From Callorhinchus milii (lineage: Eukaryota): DNA of 64,000 bases. The position numbers and the translations under genes are program-made. Below, piece by piece: positions 38,445 to 48,785 of this stretch (position 1 is its first letter; each line of letters begins with the position of its first letter). The stretch covers positions 48,920,001-48,984,000 of the forward strand of contig NW_024704742.1 in assembly GCF_018977255.1 (NCBI RefSeq). Reading direction: 5' to 3'. The notes beneath the pieces were generated by a model. The model saw nothing but the letters and a program-made list of their open reading frames with translations, made no database searches and was not told the DNA's origin.

Positions 38445-41400
38445 GTGAGTGCAGAAGAGCGACCGACACCCACACGCGGAATCACAGAACCAGGAGTAGG
38501 CCATTCAGCCCCTCGAGCCGGTTCCGCCTTCCTATAAGACCCCAACAGCAACAATTTGCATTTATACGGCTCGTTCAGCGGGCTCCGGTCTGCTCCATGT
38601 CTCCCGCCCGACCCGCCCTACCATCAGCGGCCGGGCTTTCAGCCTCTCTGCCCCCACACTCTGGAACTCCATCCCACGGTCCCTTCGCCTCACTCCCTCC
38701 CTCGCATCCTTCAAGGCCGGTCTCAAGACTCTTGTCTTTGATCGTGCCATTGGTCGCCCTCCCACCTCTCTGCCTTCCCTCACCTCTCCCCCACCCTCAT
38801 GCTCTGGTCCTGACCCCTGACTGTCCAGTGCCTTGAGACGTCCTCCCGATGTGCACGGCGCTCTATAAATGTAATTTTGTTGTTGTTGTACCCCTCACAC
38901 ATGGTAGCATTCCAGAACGCTTGACAGTAGTGGAGCACGACACCGAGCTAGGGGGAGGGGGAGGTGACCCTAGATACGGTCGAATAGGAAAGGGGAAGAA
39001 ACGGGCAAGGCGGAACGATAGAGGAAGAGTGCTCCAGAGGTTTGGGGTGTAGTGGCTGAAAGTGCGACCACCAATGGTGGAACAGAGGGCACGAGGGACA
39101 TGCAGAAAGCCGGAGCCATGGCTGATCATGGCTGATTTGTACCTCAAGTCCAATTACCTGCCTTTGACCAGTATCTCTTCATACCCTGACCTAACAAATA
39201 TCTACCCACCTCAGTCTTAGAAGCTGTGAATGGATCCAGCATCCACAGTCTTTTGAGGAGAGAGTTCCAGAATTCCACTACACAGGTGTTCCTTGTCGCT
39301 TCAGATTACAGCTTTTACATTGCACGAACACAACAGCATCTAAGATTTCTTTTTAACTATCCTCCTTTTGGATGTGTTGGAGTTGATGAAGGTAGCACCA
39401 AGGTGACAATCTCGGCAATGGAATGTCGGACCCGAGCTAGTCCTCTATGGTGGTCTCGGTAGTCCGGTTCCTGAGTCGGTCAGATTCGCAATATTCCAGG
39501 GCACTGCTGATGACTCATTGACAGTACTTGGAAGGGCAGACCAGTCACTGGGGGCAGGGAATCGTGCCACTCAGTCCTGTTAACCCTGCAAGCCAAAGCC
39601 TCAACAGGCAGGGTTTGCCTAGTTGGACAAGCAGTGGGAAAGCTTGCCAGACAGTGATAGCAATGGCAAGCTATGCAATTATAACTGGTTAGACTCCAGC
39701 AGTATGTTAACACACACTATGGTGGAGTCCTGTAGCTTTGTGTTTGGAGCACTCACCTCACAAGTGAGAGACCTGGGTTCGATTCCTAGGCAGAGTGAAA
39801 CGTTGGGCAAGTTTCCTTACTCCAGATGCCTCTGTTTACTTAGCAGTAAGTAGGAACCCGGTTGTTTGTCGATTGGTGGATTGCTTTTCTGGGGGTAATA
39901 ATCCCTGCAAAAAAACAATTGTGGTCACTCAATCCACGACTGTTTGGCACACTGCTGTGCACAATTGTCTGCCATGTTTTGCCCACAAAATATACAGTCG
40001 ATTCACTTTACAGTATATTCTGTGAAGAGCCTTGAGACGTCTCAAAAACATGATAAGGTGCTATATCAAATGCAAAGATTATTATGGGGTCACAAAGGCT
40101 TGGCTCTTGCCAACCAGGGCCTAAAACTTACCAGAATTAGGTAATCCGGATATGTCCCTCCAGGGAGAGAGTGCACATTCCAATCCAACAATCTATGGAG
40201 GATACATGGAATTCTCAATTTGGTTTGGATACTCTTACGCATGGAAATGGGTTTCCACATGTGTCGGACACTGGGCATTTAGCGCTCAGCAGCCAAAAGG
40301 TTGGACCACCCTGCTCCATGTGAAACAAAAATCTTCCAAGAGTTTATATTCTAATAAAACAGTTCTGTCTTGAAATAAAAACAGAAGTCACTGGGAACAC
40401 TCAGCAGGTCAGGCAGCATCATTGGAGAGAGGAAAGCCAGTTTTATGCACATGAGGTACAGTACTGTGCAGTACTGTATATCAAAATAATGGGTTACCAT
40501 AGCTTTAATATGCATTTAATAAACATGGTATAGAAACCTTGCCCTCATGTCACCAGTCCGTACAGAACTTGTATACTGTAATTGTTATGTGAAAATCGTA
40601 TCAAATCCAATTTGTACATAACTTTACATAAGTTGTATATGATACGACATATGCAAGTTTGACATAACTCATACTTTGCATAAGTCATATTAAATATTTG
40701 GTCCCAACTGACACGACTTATGTGAGGTTTACTGTAATTGTAAATTTTTTTGTTGTTGCACAGATTTAATGCTAATTTGTTGCAATTAAGAGGACACTAC
40801 AGATAGCTGTACATAGTGTATTTATGAATGGGTGTTCTGTGTTTCAGCAATTCATGATGACTAACAAACTGGAGGCTGCAATGTGGCTTTCACGACTTTA
40901 TACTGTGTACTGCTCCATCCTGTTCATTTTCCCATTGATGGGGTAAGTGTTATTTGGTAAATCATCTGTATTAATGTTTAACAAAAATGTCTTATTGTTT
41001 GCAATTAATTTAAATTTATAATATTTTAATTTACGAGTGATTTTTGTATCAAATTTACTATGTAGTTGTGAAAGATGTTACAATTTACAGTTACAATGTA
41101 AAATGTGGTGGTGCATTGAATATATATTTTATTATTTGAGTGAGCAGTGGTACTGTAAAAGATGAACTGAATTTGATCCTTTTGTTTTACATAGAATACA
41201 TGAGGCTGCCAGTTTTTACCAACGTGCCTTGCTGGCCAATGCCCTTACCAGTGCACTTCGACTACACCAGCGGTTACCTCACTTTCAGCTGAGTCGAGCC
41301 TTTTTAAATATGGCTTTGTTGGAGGATAGCTGTCACTATCTCTTGTTCTCATTGATCTTTGTCAACTCCTACCCAGTTACAAGTATCCCTTTTACGTAGC

Positions 41401-44400
41401 CTGTAAAGCAGTGAGGTTAAGGAGATGTAGATAATGGGGAAATGTATTAAATGTTAAGAAATTGAATATCCAAAATTATTTTATAACTGTAACTTTGGGT
41501 ATAGGGAGTACAATTTCTAAATTTGCAGATGATGCTAAGCTAGGAAAAGTAGTAAACAGTGAGGAGAATAGTAGCATTGATGTGCTATAGTGACTTCTGG
41601 CAAATAGATGAACTGTATTGTGGTGTAATTTGCCTCTTTTTCTCCTTCAATCTCCACTTCACCATTCCTTTATGGTAATGAGTATTGATGCAGAGCGACC
41701 ATGTGATAACGTCGTTGCTGAGGCACAATATCTCAGTGGCTGTGTTTAAACACAAAATGGGACAAGTTAATAGTTGTCGAGTCACTGCTGCACATTCATT
41801 CTCTGCTTGTGGCACTTCCTGTATATAAAAAGCAACATCAGCAGTGCTTCCAGCGTATTATGCCCATGCATGCAACATGCAGGAAGTGATAACAGCAGCC
41901 TGATGGCCCAAAAGGTGACCACTTGTTAGAATACAATCCAAAAATTAAATTTGTATAGCGCCTTTCATGTCGGGAGGACGTCCCACTGGCAGTGCTATAA
42001 AGTGAAGTCGATATATGGGGGAGGGCGAAGCCTTTATCACTGGGTTTCCTGAATGTCCCAGATTCATGTTGCTGAACATATTTAAAAGTTCTTGAACAAT
42101 CAATATTTGGCCTGTGATAGGCCCTTCAAGTTTGCACATCAATGATGGAATATGTTTTTCATTTGATGAATTTTTTCCTAACTGTGGAGTTGTAGATATA
42201 AATAAATTAATATGACCGAAGATTCAAGTCTTAGAACAGTCCAGTTTCCACTGGTTAATTTTTTCAGTGCTATGGAAGGTTGGGTAATAGAGCTTATGAA
42301 CTCTTTAGTATTAGGAGTAAACCCTAAAGTCAACATTTAGTTGCAGCTGTCTTGAATTAAATAAATCACACTGAAAACTAATGATTTGCTAAAAGATTGT
42401 TCAGATTGTTATTTATTGATGTTACAGTGATTTTGACACAAGTTGAATATTGCTTACTGCATTGCATTTTTAGTCCATTGATTTGAATTTATTTAAATAT
42501 GCAATGTTAATATAATGATTAGTTTATTCCTTAAACTTCTACCTCAGTGAGCATTTTCCCAGTTTTCCTGTTTTCTTTGCTACATACCACGGCGTACACA
42601 AAAAAGATTCTTGATGTAAGTATTAATAGTTTTGATGTTTTATATTTTCATGAAGATTTTGACACATCCAACAGTATTGCTGTGTTTATGTAGAGCACAA
42701 TGCTAAGAGAGTTACATGTTTAAATCCTGCACTTAAGTTTTCTATCTCAAACTGGGCTATGCTAAGGGTACTATAATTAGCCTCAGTATCTATTGGGCTA
42801 GCAAGAGGAGAAAATCAGCTAGGGTTTCCTTACCATAAAACTGTTGTCCAATAGAAATCACTTACTGCGTGTCTCTTGCCCCTCTGCACCACCATCGGCG
42901 GCAGCACTTTTAGCCACTACACCACAAAGCTTTGGAATTCTCCTCCAATTCTTCCACCTTCCTCCCTCCTTCCACTGCTGAAGATCTTCCTCTTCGACTG
43001 TGCTTATGGTCACCTCCTCCATTTCCTACCCCCCCTCCCCCAGGTTCAGCATCAGGCTCTGCCAGTGTTAAGCTCTCCGAGATGCTGCCCGCGTGAAGAA
43101 CGCAATATAAATGCAAGTTGGTGTTTATTGGAGTTGCTTGATTATAGAAACTGAGGACCACTATTCCCAGATGTGTCAATTCAATTTTGTCTGAGCATAA
43201 ATACAGTATAAATGATGAGGCTAGTTTATGTTTAGGAAGCTTTAATTATATCCTGAAGCATTTTACAGTTATGTTACAGTCAGAATTGCATTGTTTACAT
43301 TTTTATTGTTTACACCACTTCCCCCCTACCAGCTACTGGGCCCTGGAAGTTTGGGATTTTTGAGATCCATCTTGGATAAACTTGCATCCAATCAGCAAAA
43401 CATTTTGAAGTTCATTGCTTGCAATGAAATTTTTCTGATGCCAGCCACCGTCTTTATGCTTTTAAGGTAATGCCTGATATTGAAGATACGTGTGGAAACC
43501 TTTAAATTGGATAAATTAAAATAAAGAGATTATGGGATTATTTGATATTTAAGCAGTTTAGTTACTTGGTTTAAATTAGAAAAATTCTTGTTCAGTGTAA
43601 ATGTGTAATAATGTAGTGAATGGGGTTGGAAGAGCACTGTTCTTGATCCTCATGCTGTACATTCCTTGTTCTTAAAGTGGCCATGGAAGCTTGTTGCAGC
43701 CTTTCATTTACTACAGATTTCTCACACTACGATACTCCTCCCGCAGAAATCCCTATTGCAAGTAAGTATTTTTATTGTGATATACTTCTGTTGTCTGTAT
43801 TAGCCACTGTTCATCGTGTACGTAAATGATTTGGACTCAGATATAGGAAGTATTGTTTTCAAATTTAGAAATGTTATCAAATTGAAGGATATGGTAACTA
43901 ATGAAGAGGATTGCAGAAAGGTACTGGAAAACCTAAACAAACTTGCAGAATTGGCAGATAGCTGGTAGATGAAGTTTAATACAGAGAAATGTGAAGTGAT
44001 TCACTTTAGTGAAAGGGATAAAGAAGCTATTTATACCCAGGGTGGTAAGAATCTAAGCAGTATAGAGAAGGAAGGAGTGAAGGTATAATATTCACAAGAC
44101 TCTTAAAAATAGCAACACAAATTAACAAGGCCAGAAATAATCCAAATTGAGTCCTTGGATTATGTTCACAGGAATAGAGTATAAAGTGAGGAAGTAATTT
44201 AAATTAAAGAACCTTGGTAAGACCACATTTACAGTATTGTGGTCAATTTGGTCACAATATTATAGAAAGAGTACTGTAGCAATGATGAGAGTAGTGTAGA
44301 TTTACTAAGATGTTACCAAAGGATGAGGATACAGCTATCAATAGACAGATTAGAGCTTTTTTTCCTCTGAAGGTGAGCTGTTTAAAAGGGGACTTGATAA

Positions 44401-45224
44401 GACATGTTTAAAGTTATGAATATGTTTGATCAGCTGTACATAAATGATCTATTTCCACTTGCTGGTGAGTCCATAGCAAGGGGAATAAATAGCTACCAGC
44501 AGATCTAAAACGGAGTTTAGGAGGAACTTCTTTACACAGTGCTTGGATGAAAATGTGGACAATCCTCTCACAAAAACATTTTAATATTCGCTGATAGCTG
44601 ATGGTAGCATCATATGCTACTGTATATGTGGACTTTTCATGCTAAATTAGATTCCTTCTCTTTTTGTAGTTTTATTTGTGCTTACACTGCGAGTGAACAC
44701 AGTTATAGGTTTATTTCAGTACTCTGAAACACTACCGCTAATACAATTTGTTGTTTATATAATGTGCTAAATCCGTGCCTTTTGTGTCCGCAATGAGGTT
44801 TTCATGTCTCACAAAGGGAATATACTGTAAAGTAAATTGACTATATATTTTCACCGTACAATCAATTCACTCTCACAGTATATTCTGTGAAGCACTTTGA
44901 GATGTGTCAACAATGTGATAAGGCACTAAAGCAAATGCATATTGTATATGTAACACTCAAAATTATAATTTCCAACAGTTGAAAAAGCTGACTCAGTACA
45001 AAATATTTTGAATCACTGTTTTATAATTGTATTGTACTTGAAAATGTTTTTTTTAGAAAAAAATCTGACAATATTAATGATTTTTTTATATCAACAGAAC
45101 TCTCTTTTTAGAGTTGAAAGTATTACTGGAGCATATGATTATGAAGCCTGCCTGCCCCGGATTTTTGCGGAATATGTTTCTTAACTGCATTTCCTTTGTA
45201 TCCCGGTTGGCCCCTGCTCCATAA
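38403..45224 (+). CDS. TMEM33: Transmembrane protein 33 (TMEM33/Pom33 family ER and nuclear-envelope protein), spliced CDS join(38403-38444,40848-40942,41195-41382,42548-42615,43333-43466,43678-43761,45098-45224), 245 aa
   Basis: Hand-spliced exons of 42+95+188+68+134+84+127 = 738 nt give one open frame: [83 protein letters not shown]...[33 protein letters not shown]...[51 protein letters not shown]...[10 protein letters not shown] recognise this as vertebrate TMEM33. All introns are GT-AG with consistent phases, and the start has a strong Kozak context (gccATGG). Confidence 0.97.
38470..39290 (-). mobile_element. CR1 3' end split in two (38470-38530 and ~39117-39290) by the L2 pair
   Basis: GGAGTAGGCCATTCAGCCCCTCGAGCCGGTTCCGCC ... 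GATCATGGCTGATTTGTACCTCAAGTCC are contiguous parts of a reverse-strand CR1 3'UTR. Confidence 0.65.
38545..39115. mobile_element. Two L2 3' ends arranged tail-to-tail (+ ~38575-38890, - ~38890-39115) in TMEM33 intron
   Basis: GGCTTTCAGCC...CTCTGGAACTCC...GGCGCTCTATAAATGTAATTTTGTTGTTG, followed by the reverse-complement homologue (GGCTGAAAGTGCGACCACCAATGG). Confidence 0.8.
39722..40085 (+). mobile_element. Near full-length tRNA-derived SINE family A in TMEM33 intron
   Basis: Head GTGGAGTCCTGTAGC...GGTTCGATTCC; core GGCACACTGCTGTGCACAATTGTCTGCC; tail GGTGCTATATCAAATGCAAAGATTATTAT. Confidence 0.9.
40610..40736. mobile_element. Possible Tigger/pogo-like MITE remnant (one TIR)
   Basis: Ends ...CGACTTATGTGAGGTTTACTG|TA (reverse complement TA|CAGTAAACCTCACATAAGTCG), with repeated CATAAG/CATAAC sub-motifs. 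The other TIR was not found. Confidence 0.4.
40848..40942 (+). CDS. TMEM33: TMEM33 coding exon 2 ([32 protein letters not shown])
   Basis: Acceptor gtttcag|CAA; donor GG|GTAAGT; 95 nt. Confidence 0.96.
41195..41382 (+). CDS. TMEM33: TMEM33 coding exon 3 ([30 protein letters not shown]...NSYPVT)
   Basis: Acceptor ttttacatag|A; donor AA|GTATCCCTTT (U12-like); 188 nt. Confidence 0.97.
41383..42547 (+). other. U12-type (minor spliceosome) GT-AG intron of TMEM33
   Basis: 5' splice site GTATCCCTTT (U12 consensus RTATCCTTT). Branch site TTCCTTAAAC at 42527-42536 (consensus TTCCTTRAY), ~12 nt before the AG, with no extended polypyrimidine tract. Confidence 0.85.
41497..41580 (+). mobile_element. 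Short CR1 RT fragment inside the U12 intron
   Basis: Reads [21 protein letters not shown] (RT FADD catalytic motif). Confidence 0.75.
42548..42615 (+). CDS. TMEM33: TMEM33 coding exon 4 ([23 protein letters not shown])
   Basis: Acceptor ttccttaaacttctacctcag|TG; donor GAT|GTAAGT; 68 nt. Confidence 0.96.
42876..43125 (+). mobile_element. L2 LINE 3' end in TMEM33 intron
   Basis: CACCATCGGCGGCAGCACTTTTAGCCAC...CGCAATATAAATGCAAGTTG. Confidence 0.78.
43333..43466 (+). CDS. TMEM33: TMEM33 coding exon 5 ([44 protein letters not shown])
   Basis: Acceptor cccctaccag|CTA; donor AG|GTAATG; 134 nt. Confidence 0.96.
43678..43761 (+). CDS. TMEM33: TMEM33 coding exon 6 ([29 protein letters not shown])
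   Basis: Acceptor ttcttaaag|T (AAG type); donor AA|GTAAGT; 84 nt. Confidence 0.96.
43804..44575 (+). mobile_element. Degenerate CR1-clade LINE RT/3' fragment in the last TMEM33 intron
   Basis: Broken frames read [21 protein letters not shown]..., [14 protein letters not shown] and [10 protein letters not shown], all CR1 ORF2 motifs. Confidence 0.85.
45098..45224 (+). CDS. TMEM33: TMEM33 last coding exon ([41 protein letters not shown])
   Basis: Acceptor tcaacag|A; TAA stop at 45222-45224. Confidence 0.95.
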
Positions 45225-46408
45225 ATTGGAATGATCTGGAAACAGCGCATATTCTTCAAAATGTGTACCGAGCCACTGGTTCATGATCATTCAGAGTCCA
45301 GTTATATTCTAAAAGGCACCTCATCTCTGTATTTTTATAAGAAACCTTTCATATGAGATTTGAACTTTTTAGATTGAAACAATTCAACTTAAGAAGCTTG
45401 CAGATAAATTCCTTCACTCAAATAATCAACTAAGTTGTTGAGCGATTGAAATGTCAGAAGCAGCTATACATTTTAAAATAAGCCTTTGATTCCATGAAAT
45501 GATGGCCAAATACATAATTAATCAATTAGGCGAGGAGGAAGAATTACACCATAAGGTGGCCGTAGTGTGAACTTGGTTGTTCATATACTGTACTTTATGT
45601 TGTATCTTTTTGTAAGCCTTTATTTTATAACCTGTGGTTCAAATATTGTCTTTCCTGTTGATTCTTGCATAGATTACATAGTTATAAAGCTCGCCACACA
45701 TGTCGTCTACAGGACCTGGTAAGGTAATGCAATGCAGAATTTGCATAATCGTCAGGTATCTGTTTCCAATCGAGCCCGAATCCATACCAGAATCCATTCA
45801 GACTAATCCTGACTATAATGCTTCCAGAAGGCAAACATTACCAATATATGAACACCAACCTATACTAGTGTCACTGTGGAATACATTTTGTAGGGAAATT
45901 AGGTATTGAGCACCTCCAACCTCTTGTAAAATATGAAGTGAATTGTTTCACATTATCTCATGTGAAAGGGTCCATTTTGATTTATGACTGAATTTCAAAT
46001 CTTAAGTGATATATTATGTTTAATGCATGTAATTGTTGGTGTTGGTGATTGCACTGAAATAATACTTTATAGTTGGCAAACTATTTTGTCTTTCATGTGA
46101 GAACCTGTATGCGTACAGATTATTGAAAATAATGAGAATTGAGCTAAATTAGCTAGGACATTTAGAATTTTTTTGTTGTAAAATATCACGTTTAAAGTTT
46201 GATACTTTTCAAACCAAATATTTATGGAACCATTTTCGTATGCCTGTGAATACAAGAATGACTGTGATATGACAGTAAGTTGTTACTGGTTTTCTGAGGT
46301 TTGTTCTTTTGACTGTTCAAAAAGATATTACAGGATATTTTATTGATTGAAGTTCCTACACCTAATGAAGCAGAAATATTAAAGGGGCTGTATTCTTTTC
46401 TCAAGTGG

Positions 46409-46414
46409 AATAAA
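46409..46414 (+). other. Candidate polyadenylation signal for TMEM33 (AATAAA)
   Basis: First clear AATAAA I found after the stop, ~1.2 kb downstream in an AT-rich 3'UTR-like stretch; another lies near 46616. The real 3' end cannot be determined from sequence alone. Confidence 0.35.
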
Positions 46415-48609
46415 GTACTACTAAAACATGGACCCTAGCCCTGCCTGTTTAGCAGTTTCTTAAATGGATCAGAAAGAAAGCAGACAGTACTTCATTATAC
46501 AGTGGGGGCGCTATGCCAATACAGGAGAGTTGAGGAAGATCTGTCTTCAATTCCTTCCTTATAAGGGTGAGTGCTATGCAACTTCTCCCCACCCCATTGA
46601 TTTTTAAAAATAAATAATAAAAGATGATTGAAGCTAATGGAATTTGCTACAACCATTATAACTTTTATGTAATAAGTGTTAGATTTATTAAGTATTTGAG
46701 GTCTGTTAAATTCCAGGAGAAAGGAAATTCCAACTTTTTTCACGAATAAGTTGTGGTTACTTCATTTTATAAATGTGCTTGATGCTTAGCAAGATGAAGA
46801 GTGTCAGAGCAGGAATTTATTTACTCAGCTAAGTGTGACAAATGCGGAAACCCTTCATCATGCTTTAGAGTACAGAGTAGAGACCGGACCGAGAATTCCA
46901 CATAGGTATCCCACAAGCCAAGCTTCCTGATGCTCGTCTAGCTAGGAGCTAGGACCACCCTACTTGTTAGGGTTTTGGCTTGCAGGGCTAACTAGAACTG
47001 TGTGTAGGAATAATCCATGCTCCCAGGATCTGCCTACCTAAGCCCTGCTGATGAGCCGGCTGACTGGTCTAAGCAGTATTCTGAAGTACTGCAGACTGAT
47101 ACCACCACAGAAGGTTAACCTGATTCTGACATTCAATTACAAAGCGTGCCAACTTGGAGTTCCAAAGAATCCCCCGTTTACTTTCTTACCCCCCTCCCCC
47201 CACCACCCAAAAAGTCACTAGATGGTGACTACCACATACTGATAAGATTCAACAATTGGGATTGATGCCTCTTACAATTACCATTCAATACCACCAGGGA
47301 TTCATCTCGAGCCAAACAGAGCCATGTTGCTGTAGTGTACACCAGATCAATCGGTGAGTCCACCAACAGCATGAGACTATTATATCTATTAATCCTCAAC
47401 AATACACTTGGAAAAAATACTGCACAAGACCAAAGGCGAGTGTTGTGTAATCCCTGTATGTTTAATATTTTGCTTCACATCTTTCTGATCTATAATTCTG
47501 ATCACATCTTTCAAACTGATTTTGTGGAAATAAAAGATCATTTTGAAAAGTGACAATCCATATATGAAAAAAATTAGATGGAGGTAAGGTATCAAATAAA
47601 ACTACAAACAAAATACAACCACAAAATAATGGTTGTACCAAAGGTGTTGAATGGAGAAGTTCTGAAGAAATTGGTGTCAATCATACACTAACTACTGGCC
47701 ATATACAGTCAAGAACTTGTCCAGCTGCAAAGTGACTGTCCTCCGAGGCGGGGGCTGCATGCATGTTGCTGAACTGATTCCAAGGTGACAAGCTTGGCAA
47801 ACAAATGTCAGTCGAGTCAATCCTCCGTGAATGCCTTGGTAGTCTAGTTTCTGAGCCAAGCAGGTGCGCAGTATTCCAGAGCACTGCTGATGACGGAACA
47901 GCAAGCCTGGCTCATTGGCATGCTTGGAGTGGCAGACCATTCACCAGGATAAGGATTCTTCCTTCTGATTTTAGCACTGTCACATACACTGAATCACAAA
48001 TGGATACCAAGCCAAAACTGGGTGAGGTTTTTAGATCCCTGATGTTAAAAAAAACAATCTGGATCAGGAAGCATAAACCTGGCTTTCTGCTGCACATTAC
48101 CATTGTACTGGATGTGAAACAGCTTCACTCCTGGCAGTATGGCTGGAGCATTAATCTCCTGAGGGAAGGTTCAGCAACAAATCTCTCCTTCAAGGGTATA
48201 TCGAGAAAAAGAATGTCTGTCTAGCCTTACAACCTGCATTATTCATGTCAGACAACTTGATTTCAATTAGGGTTATCTCTACCTTTGTCTTTAGAGTCTC
48301 AAGACTTTTAAAACCTGAAAGGAATGCAAAATGTATAGATTCTGCAAACTTGATGAACTTAATCCTTAAGAATACTGAAAGATACATATAATACTGATTG
48401 TTTTCCATTGTTTTCTGATTCCTGAGGAAGAATATGTTTAATATTTAATAATTTTACCAACATTAAGTACAATATATTATATAGCTTGGTAGGAAAGACA
48501 AATTGAAAGTGATGTCTAAAACCATCACATGGTACTATTTGAAACGAGAAGGGAGTTTCTCTCACAGATAAAATTGATCATTAATAATAATAATTGATCA
48601 TTAAAATAA

Positions 48610-48785
48610 TAAATTGGTTACTGAATCCATGACTGTTTGTGGAACAGTGCTGTGTGCAATTGGCTGCTGCATTTCACCCACAAAATATAGTCAATTCACT
48701 TTACAGTATATTCCATGAAGCGCTTTGAGACACCTCAACGATGTGATAAAAAACTATATCAAATGCAAGGATTCTTATTATTATC
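48610..48785 (+). mobile_element. SINE 3' half (Deu-like core + tail)
   Basis: TGTTTGTGGAACAGTGCTGTGTGCAATTGGCTGCTGC...CAAATGCAAGGATTCTTATTATTA. Similar partial copies at ~32115-32240, 35765-35900, 36780-36880, 56825-56962, 60335-60430, 61040-61120 and 62455-62600. Confidence 0.8.

Noticed and set aside
39722..39795. tRNA-like sequence with A/B boxes (also ~240-314, 8736-8810)
   Set aside because: These are SINE heads continuing into SINE body and tail; no complete cloverleaf.
46497..46513. GTGGGGGCGCTA CTCF-like motif
   Set aside because: Only the 3' half matches; the CCASYAG 5' core is missing.
47045..47080. CTGATGA followed by a short stem (also 39506, 47887, 9968), resembling a hammerhead ribozyme core
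   Set aside because: No correctly placed GAAA or stems I/III. In the repeat copies the motif is one arm of an internal inverted repeat. An Infernal search on the family consensus would settle it.
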